64,000 nt of DNA from a virus (lineage: Duplodnaviria; Heunggongvirae; Uroviricota; Caudoviricetes): positions 41,253-105,252 of IMG/VR virus record IMGVR_UViG_2623620416_000002; one strand, given 5' to 3'. The notes beneath the pieces were generated by a model that did not search any database, was not told the origin of the DNA, and saw nothing but the letters and a program-made list of their open reading frames with translations. The position numbers and the translations under genes were made by a program. Of the stretch, positions 10,200-19,203 are shown in pieces; the stretch's first letter is position 1; each line of letters opens with the position of its first letter.

Positions 10200-10226
10200 A
10201 AAAGCCCGGTCACCTTGCGATGCCGG
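10194..10226 (-). terminator. rho-independent-type hairpin + T-run read on the − strand, directly upstream of the 9957–10199 ORF
   Basis: GCCCGG-13 nt-CCGGGC stem (10202–10207/10221–10226) followed on the − strand by TTTTTTGT. Confidence 0.45.
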
Positions 10227-10440
10227 GCCAAGAACATAACTCCTCGGGAGAGCTGTTTTTATATTGAATCGGATTAAGGCCCATGAAAGGGCATGATTTT
10301 GTAATCAAATTGAATCTAGGCATGTTTCTGGATGCCAGGAAGTATCTATACCGATCATTACCGGTTATAGTACCTTAGTATAACTAACTAAGTACTTAAC
10401 ATGATATTATTAAGTAAGTAACTTTAGGTGGGGACTCGGC

Positions 10441-10854
10441 ATGGCTAAAACTACAGATGAGATGTTGAACAAAATTAGCGAAAAGCTAGATGACGTAGTT
10501 GACTCTATCCATAAAGTAGACAAAGAAGTAGCCTTACAAAAATCAGCATTTGATGATCATCTTAAGCAAGATGAAAAGATGTATGAAGAGTTCAAAAGAA
10601 TGAACGATATTCTTCAGCAAAATACAGAATCCCTTAAAGAGCACATGCATAGAACAGAAATTGCAGAGCAAAGACAGCAAATTTTAGAAGACTTAGTTCG
10701 AAGTATTGATATGCGTCTTTCACCATTTGAGCAAAATAAATTAGAAGAAGAAGCTGTTACAAAATATAGAAATGAAAAATTGATTAAGATTGGTAAGATC
10801 TTGGGAGTTATAGCCACTATAGTAGCTATAGTTGCTGGACTTAAAACTCTATAA
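10441..10854 (+). CDS. coiled-coil protein with C-terminal transmembrane anchor
   Basis: SD GGTGGGGA; long charged helical region then IGKILGVIATIVAIVAGLKTL. Confidence 0.5.
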   Translation: MAKTTDEMLNKISEKLDDVVDSIHKVDKEVALQKSAFDDHLKQDEKMYEEFKRMNDILQQNTESLKEHMHRTEIAEQRQQILEDLVRSIDMRLSPFEQNKLEEEAVTKYRNEKLIKIGKILGVIATIVAIVAGLKTL

Positions 10855-10941
10855 TCAACTTAAATTAATGATAAGATTAAATTTGATGGTTCCAGACATG
10901 GTGTCTTGGTTCCTGTTAAACCCATAAATAAGGAGAATAAC

Positions 10942-11160
10942 ATGGCTCTATCAACAAAAGCAAAAAAGAGACTTGAAGTAGCAATGGCACGACGTGCTGA
11001 AGCTCAAGAAATCATTGCTGCAATCGAAGCTGGCGGAAACGCTCAAGCTGCCGCAGTTGCTGATATCGCAGATCCTGCTACCGCTACTGCTGAAGACGTT
11101 GCTAACAAAGTAAACGCACTTCTTGCATCATTGCGCGCTGCTGGTTTGCTTGCAATGTAA
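10942..11160 (+). CDS. small Ala-rich protein (72 aa); track start 10906 is a TTG, ATG 10942 has a strong SD
   Basis: AAGGAG 7 nt before ATGGCT; followed by a strong intrinsic terminator, as expected for a highly expressed small gene. Confidence 0.5.
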   Translation: MALSTKAKKRLEVAMARRAEAQEIIAAIEAGGNAQAAAVADIADPATATAEDVANKVNALLASLRAAGLLAM

Positions 11161-11186
11161 TTAACAAATAGGTAATTACTCGATTT

Positions 11187-11217
11187 AAAAAGGCTAGGGA
11201 AACCTAGCCTTTTTTTA
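11187..11217. terminator. bidirectional rho-independent terminator between convergent genes
   Basis: AAAA-AGGCTAGG-GAAA-CCTAGCCT-TTTTTTT: perfect 8-bp stem flanked by an A-run and a T-run. Confidence 0.8.
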
Positions 11218-11218
11218 T

Positions 11219-11668
11219 TTACCCCACTGTGTAAGTGATGTGCCAGAAACCGTCTTCTTCTTGCTTTGCTTCGACTTTAACGTCTTGCATTTGGAGGATT
11301 TCATTGAAGTCCTTATATAGGTCTTTTGCAATAACCTTTGTGATTCCACAGTTGAGTAACATTCGCATGCAAAGCTTGCATGGACTAAGAGTACATACCA
11401 AAAAACAATTATTCATTGATATTCCCTCTTTAGCAGAGTTACATATCAAGTTTTGTTCTGCATGAACTATGTATTCATATTTATCTGGTCTTGTGTTTGG
11501 AAGAGCACTATCATTAGCTCCACGAACAAAACCATTATATCCAGTGGCTATGATAGCACCAGAATCATTTTTAACAAGGATAGCTCCAACTTTTGTTTCA
11601 GCGTCATGAGATCGCTTAGCAATAGTAGAAGCAACATCCATATAATTCTGGGTTTTACTAGGTCTCAT
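11219..11668 (-). CDS. cd: dCMP (deoxycytidylate) deaminase
   Basis: Zn-dependent deaminase signature HAEQNLI…SPCKLCMRMLLNCGITKV (HAE + PCxxC). Confidence 0.8.
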   Translation of the reverse strand: MRPSKTQNYMDVASTIAKRSHDAETKVGAILVKNDSGAIIATGYNGFVRGANDSALPNTRPDKYEYIVHAEQNLICNSAKEGISMNNCFLVCTLSPCKLCMRMLLNCGITKVIAKDLYKDFNEILQMQDVKVEAKQEEDGFWHITYTVG

Positions 11669-12465
11669 TTCTTTTCCTGAGCAGGCTCTTGTCCTAGATA
11701 AATGACATCTCTATTGAATTCTACTATTAGTTTATCTCTATTGGGATATTTGCCAGAGTAACTTATTTTATAAGTATATGTTGCATTTACTGGTGCCGCA
11801 ATACCGTTTGATTTTGCAATATCTTTAAATCTTTTCCAATCCCAAGAACTGCCTCTTTCTAAATCAGAGATTAGAACTTTTTTCATTTCAGTTATTGTGT
11901 GATCTTGAACAAATCTACCTGTATAGTCAGATGTAGTCCAAAACGTATCTCCAACTTTAAGTTTTTCAAAGGCATCATTAAACTCTTGAACAGTTTTAGG
12001 TTTAATGCCAATTTTACGATTCATCTTGGAAACGATTTTACGTCCAGCTAATGAAGCCTTATGTATTTTTTTAATATCAAAGTTATCTATTTCACCTAGC
12101 AATATGTGTTCGGCATACTCAGGATCAACTTCAAATTTAGTACAAGATAAATCGAAATCAGTTACACAAAATAACTCTTTACCAAAGGTGCCATTGGCAA
12201 CACGCAACTGTTTGAAGTAGCCGATTCCATGCTCATCTTCATAGATGTAAACATATCTTTGAGCCAGTTTATTATCGGAATTGATATTTTCAACAACCCA
12301 GCTAGTCTTTTTTGTCATATAGTCTGTTCGAAGATGATACTTTAAAACAACATCACCTATTTCAAACTTCATCATATCTTTTTGTTCAATCCATCTGCGC
12401 ACAGGATTAGATTCAAGTGCTGCTTGCACTTGTTTTAGTTCATCGGGTGTAAGATCTACTTTCAT
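11665..12465 (-). CDS. hypothetical protein, paralogue of 14014–14772
   Basis: Shares KF(E/K)(I/V)GD…, FEVDPEYAE/FEFEVDPDYED and KVGD blocks with ORF 14014–14772. Confidence 0.5.
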   Translation of the reverse strand: MKVDLTPDELKQVQAALESNPVRRWIEQKDMMKFEIGDVVLKYHLRTDYMTKKTSWVVENINSDNKLAQRYVYIYEDEHGIGYFKQLRVANGTFGKELFCVTDFDLSCTKFEVDPEYAEHILLGEIDNFDIKKIHKASLAGRKIVSKMNRKIGIKPKTVQEFNDAFEKLKVGDTFWTTSDYTGRFVQDHTITEMKKVLISDLERGSSWDWKRFKDIAKSNGIAAPVNATYTYKISYSGKYPNRDKLIVEFNRDVIYLGQEPAQEKK

Positions 12466-12701
12466 GATTCACGACCTGATTGAGATTGCATAGGCCCACA
12501 GACTCGACAGACAATTCGTTCGCCTTGCTTATTACCATCTTGGTCAACAATTTCTTGCCAAAACCATTGATGTGGTGGACATTGTTTCTTTTCAATTACA
12601 AGCTTTTCACTAACTCCAGTAGATGCTCCACCAACTTCACCAGGCTTAGGCATTACTAATGCAATTATAATTATTAGTGCAATTACAAATAAAAACTCCA
12701 T
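12462..12701 (-). CDS. small membrane protein with Cys pairs (79 aa)
   Basis: N-terminal TM FLFVIALIIIIALVM; CPPHQ…CRVC. Confidence 0.4.
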   Translation of the reverse strand: MEFLFVIALIIIIALVMPKPGEVGGASTGVSEKLVIEKKQCPPHQWFWQEIVDQDGNKQGERIVCRVCGPMQSQSGRES

Positions 12702-12970
12702 TAATCCTCCGGATCTGGCTCAATAGAAGATAAGTCATCTTCTTTAGATTCAAGATCCTCAATAATATCCTTAGGTCCTACAAATACTCTATGTGGATCA
12801 TGAGTGACTTTTTTTAATCGCTTAACTTTAACTTTTTGTTTAATCATCTTACCTGTTACAGGATCTTTGACTTCAACATCCATTTCGATAATTTCCTCAA
12901 TTTGAGGATCTTTGAAGACATGGTTAGTTTTCTTATTCTTTGCGCCTTTAGGTCTAGCCATTATTTCCAC
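12701..12970 (-). CDS. hypothetical basic/acidic small protein (89 aa)
   Basis: ORF coupled to flanking genes. Confidence 0.4.
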   Translation of the reverse strand: MEIMARPKGAKNKKTNHVFKDPQIEEIIEMDVEVKDPVTGKMIKQKVKVKRLKKVTHDPHRVFVGPKDIIEDLESKEDDLSSIEPDPED

Positions 12971-13497
12971 TCCGCTTCTATAACTTGCTGTATAGCTTCT
13001 GCATATCGTTTAATAGGTCCTGGAAATCGCTCCTGATAAGCAAATTTGCACCACTCGCTGTAGTTTCCTGAGACAATAATTTGTGTGTAAACATTGACGG
13101 GAGTAATAACCTGTGAGATAAACTTGTCACAACCATCTGCTTGGTATGCTTTAGGATTAATGAGGAGGGCATCAGTTGTTCTAAGAAGATCATCAGAGAT
13201 AGCTTGACTTGTAACGACGTCAGTTCCTCTGATAGAGGTGGCATCTGGGATATAAGCATCTGGTATGTCGGTTTGTTGGTTGGCATCAATCACCTTTAAA
13301 TTAAACTTAGATAATGCAAGTTGCACAAACAATGGGCATTTAATAACTACAACCATGGAACCAAGATCCTCTAAAGAAGTAGGATATTCGCCACCGAAAA
13401 ACTCGGCACCAATATCGCGCATCTTTTGAGTAGTAACCGAGCTATCAAGAAGGGCAACATAGCCTTTATCTAGCACCGGAATCTTATTAAGAAGCAT
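12961..13497 (-). CDS. hypothetical protein (178 aa)
   Basis: Sits in the dCMP-deaminase/hydroxymethylase neighbourhood; no motif recognised. Confidence 0.45.
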   Translation of the reverse strand: MLLNKIPVLDKGYVALLDSSVTTQKMRDIGAEFFGGEYPTSLEDLGSMVVVIKCPLFVQLALSKFNLKVIDANQQTDIPDAYIPDATSIRGTDVVTSQAISDDLLRTTDALLINPKAYQADGCDKFISQVITPVNVYTQIIVSGNYSEWCKFAYQERFPGPIKRYAEAIQQVIEAEWK

Positions 13498-14036
13498 TAT
13501 AAATCCTCGTCTTCTTCGTCTTTCTTTTTAGAAGCTTCAGCTTCTTTAGCCGCCAAAGCATCTGCATCTAATGGATTATCCTCACCGTCACCAACAACTA
13601 TGCCGGCACGGCAAGTATAGTCTTTAACTTCATCGAATACGCCTGCAAGCATTGATTCAGTAATAATGTCTTGAAAGTTTGCTTCAATGTAATCGATTGT
13701 ATTTTCATCTAAATAAATAGGCTTAGCACTAGGATCTTTTTGCAAGATTACAGCTTTGCAGTGATGTTGATGCTCTTTCCAGATCATGCCTACTTGTTCA
13801 CACATTTCTTCAAATGTATAAGGTCCGCGGATTGTTGAGCAAACGAACTTGACACCGCTTCGCTCGCCCTGATTGACAGCAACAAGATATTGTTTGTCTT
13901 TTAATTCTGAGAGATCCATTGTTTCTAATTCACCAATGAAATCATCTCCAGACTTAACAGGTAAATTCATATTAGGTATTTGTTGCGACATAAGAGTACC
14001 TCCGAATGATATATTATTTCGGATTTTTAAGCTCAT
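13497..14036 (-). CDS. hypothetical protein with acidic C-terminal tail
   Basis: 179 aa ending …KKKDEEDEDL. Confidence 0.45.
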   Translation of the reverse strand: MSLKIRNNISFGGTLMSQQIPNMNLPVKSGDDFIGELETMDLSELKDKQYLVAVNQGERSGVKFVCSTIRGPYTFEEMCEQVGMIWKEHQHHCKAVILQKDPSAKPIYLDENTIDYIEANFQDIITESMLAGVFDEVKDYTCRAGIVVGDGEDNPLDADALAAKEAEASKKKDEEDEDL

Positions 14037-14772
14037 TATAAGAACGAGGTTGTCCGGAATATATAGCTGACCATTTAAAAACTAAATAATCAATATTAAA
14101 GATTTTGCCTTTAGAATCTTGTGCTGTTCCAAATACAACACCTTCTATTAACCTTGTGCCTTTATGAGAGATAGGAATAGGATCTAAAGTTAGTATAGTA
14201 AAATATGATTTAACTGATTTATAAACTACATCTCCAACTTTAAGAGACTTAAGATAGTTTAATAAGGCTGCATTATTTCGCCAATCGATTTTAAGCTTTT
14301 TATTGTGCTCTGTGATTTCTTTAAAAGTTTTACTTTTAATCTTATGTGCTTCAGAGGCATCATAATTTTCTTCATCAGAAAGAATAATTGCATCTTCATA
14401 GTCTGGGTCTACTTCAAACTCAAAATCAGAAGGATTAATCATCCTATGTCCACCGTCAAATCTTAGTGGAGATAGTAAGTTTCCAACTGGGTTACCCTTC
14501 TTATTTAATTCCTTGATATAAGGCACGCCAAACCTACATGTATGAATAACAACATATTTTCTTGGCGCGCCATAAGAATTTGTAACTTGTTTTCGCTTAC
14601 TATAGTGCGTTTGAGGTTGAAAAGCAATTAAAAAATCACCCACTTTAAATTTAGCAGCATCTTTTAAACCACCCATGATAGAGGCAATTATTTCTTCTCT
14701 TTCTCTAATATAAGAGAGCTCATTAGGTTCTAGTGTTTTAGCTTTTTTCGCCATATAACATCTCTTCTTCAA
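14014..14772 (-). CDS. hypothetical protein, paralogue of 11665–12465
   Basis: See the 11665 entry. Confidence 0.5.
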   Translation of the reverse strand: MKKRCYMAKKAKTLEPNELSYIREREEIIASIMGGLKDAAKFKVGDFLIAFQPQTHYSKRKQVTNSYGAPRKYVVIHTCRFGVPYIKELNKKGNPVGNLLSPLRFDGGHRMINPSDFEFEVDPDYEDAIILSDEENYDASEAHKIKSKTFKEITEHNKKLKIDWRNNAALLNYLKSLKVGDVVYKSVKSYFTILTLDPIPISHKGTRLIEGVVFGTAQDSKGKIFNIDYLVFKWSAIYSGQPRSYNELKNPK

Positions 14773-15262
14773 TTGTTGCTTCTACATGGGCTTGCTGTAA
14801 TTCTTCGATAGAGATTCCATTAGGCATAGGGAGATGAGAGTATGGAATGAAACCTGTACTGTCTTGAGTAAATAGAGTATTACCAGATCCACTTAAAAAA
14901 GGAAATGGAGTAGAGGTTTTATTTTCTAACTCATTGATTCGGACGCTTTGTGATGGCTTAGCACTATTCATTAAGTTTACTGTTTCTTGCCATAAAAAAG
15001 AATTTATAACATATTGGCGTAATTGTGAACTTTGTTTTTTAAATATGTTTAATTTAGTGACTTTTAAATCATTTGCATATTGAGACTTTAAGTTTTCAAG
15101 CTCTTGTTTTTCTTCTGCTGTCAATGGATCTTCTAAGCCAAGCATTTTACGTAACTGTTCTAAGTCAGTGGCAGTAACAGTATTAGAAGGATATGTTCGA
15201 CTATGAGAGGTGTACATATCTATAAGATCTTTAAAGAGTTGATCATCTTGTTTTGATTTCAA
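14738..15262 (-). CDS. hypothetical protein (174 aa)
   Basis: ORF in an operon-like array. Confidence 0.45.
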   Translation of the reverse strand: MKSKQDDQLFKDLIDMYTSHSRTYPSNTVTATDLEQLRKMLGLEDPLTAEEKQELENLKSQYANDLKVTKLNIFKKQSSQLRQYVINSFLWQETVNLMNSAKPSQSVRINELENKTSTPFPFLSGSGNTLFTQDSTGFIPYSHLPMPNGISIEELQQAHVEATIEEEMLYGEKS

Positions 15263-15264
15263 AA

Positions 15265-16062
15265 TTACATTTCTCCAAGCATCTTTTTTACCATCTCTTC
15301 ATTACGCTCATAAATATGTAAGGAATGAACAGTGTGGGTGTAATGCCCTTTTTTAAGATTAGGGTAATGTGGTTTTAATTCTTCAATCATTTTGTCCATT
15401 AATCCACAAAACCACGGAAGATCATAAACTAATCCAAGTGTGAGATCATTAGAACGCATTACAACAGACAGGTGAAGCTCATCATTACGGATAAGGAAAT
15501 TACCATGCATTGTGCACGTTTGATCCTTATTGCCCTTCCATTGATGTTCTGGCAATGAAAATCGCAATATTGCTTGTCTTGTATCTTTATCGTCAATTAA
15601 AGATTGTCTTGCCCATTCCCATGGGGTTCTTCTGACTGGTCGAACTTGGGAGATTGTACCTTCGCCTGGCTTGGTAGATGGGTGTGTAACATAAGTCTCA
15701 GTTTCGAAATCAGATCCGTGGGAACGCTTGCTCCAGATAAGGTGACCGTAGGCCGAATTGACTGTGCCGTCAGGATTCGCAAGAGAGAGCCAAAATTTTG
15801 AGGCTCTTCCAAAATCCTCAGCCTTGTTAGTGCAGGAATCGTAAAGTTCGACCTCTTTGGCAGTATAGCTTGCAATTGTTCTGTTGCGTTCGGAATCTTT
15901 AGTAACGATAGCAGCATCAGTAGGTTGCAATACACGAAAAGTGTAGTCGAGTTTTTCTCTACATGGTTGTCCGCGAGGAGACGACTTAACATCTGGGTTG
16001 AAATAGACATCTGCGAGAGTTCCGAGATAGGCTTCTGAGACATTATTGTATACTTTCATCAT
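15265..16062 (-). CDS. thymidylate-synthase-superfamily pyrimidine hydroxymethylase, T4 gp42-like (probably dCMP hydroxymethylase)
   Basis: Blocks matching T4 gene 42: E(V)ELYDS, KFWLSLANPDGTVNSAYGHLIWS (T4 KIWQQVASSKGEINSNYGWAIWS), DQTCTMHGNFLIRND (T4 DFMCTNTVQYLIRDK), VVMRSNDLTLGLVYD (T4 VVNMRSNDVVFGFRND; the Asp that confers cytosine specificity is conserved), SLHIYERN. Confidence 0.65.
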   Translation of the reverse strand: MMKVYNNVSEAYLGTLADVYFNPDVKSSPRGQPCREKLDYTFRVLQPTDAAIVTKDSERNRTIASYTAKEVELYDSCTNKAEDFGRASKFWLSLANPDGTVNSAYGHLIWSKRSHGSDFETETYVTHPSTKPGEGTISQVRPVRRTPWEWARQSLIDDKDTRQAILRFSLPEHQWKGNKDQTCTMHGNFLIRNDELHLSVVMRSNDLTLGLVYDLPWFCGLMDKMIEELKPHYPNLKKGHYTHTVHSLHIYERNEEMVKKMLGEM

Positions 16063-16086
16063 TTCTCCTAATCGGAGGATATTGTA

Positions 16087-16788
16087 CTAATATTCTTTTG
16101 TCATTAGTTCTAGTTCTGCCGAGTAAATATTACTTCTAATTAGTTCTGTAAAGAATAGGCTTTGATAACCATCTATCTCAAAACCTTTTTTAATATATTT
16201 GGTTAAGCGCCTAATTGTACACCCACGTGGAACAGGATTAAAGGCAAGTCTTTTGGCAGTTGAATCTTCAATTGCACCTTTAACTACATATAAAGTCATA
16301 GTTGATATGTCAATTGCCATAGAGCATGCACGAATATCAAATCTAGATATAAGGTGCTCAGGAGATTTATAGTCGACACCATAAATCAAATTAAACTTAA
16401 GTCCCTCTATGTAACCGTAAGAGCACATTATATTATCGAATGATGAAAAAAGGTGATGTTGAGCGTTATTCATAGTTAAGAATAACTGAGCATCTGCCTT
16501 AGATTTAAAGTATACATCAACATCGTCGTATGCATGATTTATATTACCTATATGATGAGCAACATGATGCATGACAAATGATCCAGAAACTAAAGCGCCT
16601 GGAGGAAAATTAAAGTTACATGTGGCATTGATTTGCGTAGTAAGCACTTCTACGTTTGCATCATAGTCTTCCACTAACATGGCAGACCCAAGATGGTTAA
16701 TTTGTTCATCAAATAGATCCTTACCTGATTTAAGTAAGGATCCACTTAATGGAACAAAGAATTTAGGATTGTGCTTCCAAAAGTCCAT
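16087..16788 (-). CDS. hypothetical protein; weak nucleotidyltransferase-fold signature (GS…DDVDV)
   Basis: GSFVMHHVAHHIGNINHAYDDVDVYF; spacing is atypical, so this is only a suggestion. Confidence 0.3.
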   Translation of the reverse strand: MDFWKHNPKFFVPLSGSLLKSGKDLFDEQINHLGSAMLVEDYDANVEVLTTQINATCNFNFPPGALVSGSFVMHHVAHHIGNINHAYDDVDVYFKSKADAQLFLTMNNAQHHLFSSFDNIMCSYGYIEGLKFNLIYGVDYKSPEHLISRFDIRACSMAIDISTMTLYVVKGAIEDSTAKRLAFNPVPRGCTIRRLTKYIKKGFEIDGYQSLFFTELIRSNIYSAELELMTKEY

Positions 16789-17262
16789 TTATTCCCTATC
16801 AGTTTCCCAAAGAGTTTCTTCAATATTTGCATGCCAAACGCCATAACCATAACGCTTTTTAGTTAATCGCTTCATTAATTGGCCAGTACGATTAAACAAA
16901 TGTTGGAATACAAATGTTGATTCTTTAACAGAACGACCTTCTTTAGTTTTATAGTTAGGATTATAGTTATATAATGCAACTACAACTTCAGTGCGTAAAT
17001 GCTGTCTAATATCATTTAGAGATAAACCTGTATTGCCAAGCGCATTGTCGCCCATACCTTTTTTAGTATTGGCTTCATTCCAGTTTTTAGCAACATTATC
17101 TCTAATGTATTTTTCAACCATTGGCTCATACTTAAGAACATCTTCATTGGTAAGAGTTCTATTGTATTTATTAAAGTTTTTCTTTAAAGGGGTTGGCTCT
17201 TCAATGTCAATATCGATTTCTAAATCAAGAAGTTGCTCATCAGTTTCATCGTTTTTCATCAT
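16789..17262 (-). CDS. hypothetical protein (157 aa)
   Basis: ORF. Confidence 0.45.
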   Translation of the reverse strand: MMKNDETDEQLLDLEIDIDIEEPTPLKKNFNKYNRTLTNEDVLKYEPMVEKYIRDNVAKNWNEANTKKGMGDNALGNTGLSLNDIRQHLRTEVVVALYNYNPNYKTKEGRSVKESTFVFQHLFNRTGQLMKRLTKKRYGYGVWHANIEETLWETDRE

Positions 17263-17743
17263 ATTTCTCCATCATTGCTTCCAATAATGCAATTGCATTA
17301 TTGATATGTTCAGTATTAGTCGCCTTCATATCGCTATCAGAAAAAGACCGCATATATTTATACATCATAATCAGAGCATTGTCGAAATGAGTTGTTTCTG
17401 GTAGATCTCTGTAATACCATCTATAAATTTTAGATTGTCTCGGGTTTCGCATTTCTAAGTTTCTCTCTAAGAAAGTGCACATAGACCTGCGAACCTCGCT
17501 CATAGCCCTAACTGCTATATCGTGTTGATTTAAAGAAAATTCACCATCTTTAGAATCGAAACGCTCATTGTAGTGGCCACAAACCAATTCAGATAAGTAA
17601 TTACCTTCTTCTGGTTGCGGTCTATAAATATGTACAGGCTCTGATAGGTTAGCAGATATTGTACTGCCACCGCGCTCAAATGTCAACCGAAAAACAGGAC
17701 GTGAAACTTTAAATGTTTCTACTATATCTATAATTTGTTTCAC
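17246..17743 (-). CDS. hypothetical protein (165 aa)
   Basis: ORF. Confidence 0.45.
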   Translation of the reverse strand: MKQIIDIVETFKVSRPVFRLTFERGGSTISANLSEPVHIYRPQPEEGNYLSELVCGHYNERFDSKDGEFSLNQHDIAVRAMSEVRRSMCTFLERNLEMRNPRQSKIYRWYYRDLPETTHFDNALIMMYKYMRSFSDSDMKATNTEHINNAIALLEAMMEKYDEKR

Positions 17744-18450
17744 TTTACTTCCTCCATTGAATAGATGGGTTGATCTTTATGGGTCATAACTTTAAGTCTA
17801 CAAAAGTTACTTAATGCGGCTAAATTACCATTGCAAACATAATCCTTAATCCAATGGCCAACTTTATTTGCTAGCTCTGTATCTTTAATTTTCCACTCAT
17901 TATTTTTAAATAGAGTAATAAGTCTTTGCTTAATAGTTGCACGTTTTCTACGCTCAGATCGAGTACGTAGACCTGACTCGCACTTTGTGAGTAATTCCAT
18001 GATTTCATTTGCACGACTTAGACCAGCACCACTAAAGTACATAGAGCCAATAGCCTCAATACCTTGACGACCAAGCATTCCTTCAAGGACCTTTTCATCC
18101 ATGGTGTATTGAGTTTTAACAAACTTAATTTGACCTGATATAGTTTTCTTTTCAAAGTCAAGAATAATGTTATCATCCATTTGGAACTCAAAGCATGGCT
18201 TTAAAGCATCTCTTTGCTCCCAGCTAAGATGTTGAATAACACAATACTTATTAACACTCCAATTTAAGCATCGATCAACAGATAGATCCATGCTATAAGA
18301 ATCACCAACGATCTGTTTGTATAGATCAAAATCGATAATAGTTTCATCAGGGATGGATGCTAATACTTCATTTAATTGTGAGTCAATTGGCTCAGTGGCC
18401 TGAGAGATCCAATCTAACTCTTCGAATTTTTTGTCTGCAAATACACTCAT
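17740..18450 (-). CDS. hypothetical protein (236 aa)
   Basis: SD AGGAGA upstream. Confidence 0.5.
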   Translation of the reverse strand: MSVFADKKFEELDWISQATEPIDSQLNEVLASIPDETIIDFDLYKQIVGDSYSMDLSVDRCLNWSVNKYCVIQHLSWEQRDALKPCFEFQMDDNIILDFEKKTISGQIKFVKTQYTMDEKVLEGMLGRQGIEAIGSMYFSGAGLSRANEIMELLTKCESGLRTRSERRKRATIKQRLITLFKNNEWKIKDTELANKVGHWIKDYVCNGNLAALSNFCRLKVMTHKDQPIYSMEEVK

Positions 18451-18488
18451 AAATGTCTCCTACAAAAAAATATTGAATCGGATTGAGA

Positions 18489-18776
18489 CTATTTAGTTGG
18501 GACTGAAAAGCCAGCGGCTTCTGCATCTTTAATAGAAAGATCACCGCGTTTTTCGTCTAGTCGACGAGTTCGAACATAGGAGATATGTTCAAAGTGTACA
18601 AATTTTCCATCGGGAACAACAATTTTATAAACTGTGCCCTCTTCATCTTGGAACATGCCATTGATGCCAATCTCTTTAGAGACTTCTTCAACGCTTGCGC
18701 TTAGCTCCTCGAAGTACTTTTTGATTTGTTCTTTTTGTTTTTCTAGGCTTACGAACTTCTTTTGTGCTAATGTCAT
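18489..18776 (-). CDS. hypothetical protein (95 aa)
   Basis: ORF; overlaps the next ORF in a different frame. Confidence 0.4.
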   Translation of the reverse strand: MTLAQKKFVSLEKQKEQIKKYFEELSASVEEVSKEIGINGMFQDEEGTVYKIVVPDGKFVHFEHISYVRTRRLDEKRGDLSIKDAEAAGFSVPTK

Positions 18777-19194
18777 AATCTAACTCCTCCAAATCTTTAT
18801 ATTGTTGGTCATCTACTTTGAGCCCTTCAAGATCAACACCAGAAAGCATTTTCTCTAATGCGGTATCTAGATATAATTGATCTGGCATTTGCTCACGGAT
18901 TTGTTGGATCAGATTTTTAAATATTAAGTGTGCCCTAGTTGCACTACGAATAAGAACAGTACATTCTTTAATTTCATCGCCACGGTTACCGCTACTAGAG
19001 CCAAAGCCACTATTAGCAGAAGAAGATTGAGAAGCCTCAGGAGTGTAAATTACTGTGATTTGATAATAGCGATCTAATCGCGTATAAGTTCTTCCATTTT
19101 TACCATGGTAGTCCAAATGCTGAAGCTGTTCATCCATGATGACATGGTGAATTTTTTGCGCTAAAATATATTGATTTTGAGTAACTATTACCAT
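18688..19194 (-). CDS. hypothetical protein (168 aa)
   Basis: ORF. Confidence 0.4.
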   Translation of the reverse strand: MVIVTQNQYILAQKIHHVIMDEQLQHLDYHGKNGRTYTRLDRYYQITVIYTPEASQSSSANSGFGSSSGNRGDEIKECTVLIRSATRAHLIFKNLIQQIREQMPDQLYLDTALEKMLSGVDLEGLKVDDQQYKDLEELDYDISTKEVRKPRKTKRTNQKVLRGAKRKR

Positions 19195-19203
19195 GTAAAC
19201 TCC

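Noticed and set aside
16087-16788. CD-NTase/cGAS-like or CCA-adding nucleotidyltransferase
   Set aside because: Only a loose GS…DDVDV pattern with atypical spacing. No second acidic motif or helical partner domain is recognisable. It is kept as a hypothetical protein.
10255-18482. 15-nt exact repeat ATATTGAATCGGATT as evidence for a regulon
   Set aside because: About 1–2 chance 15-mer matches are expected in 64 kb of AT-rich DNA. It is kept only as a low-interest note until more copies are found.
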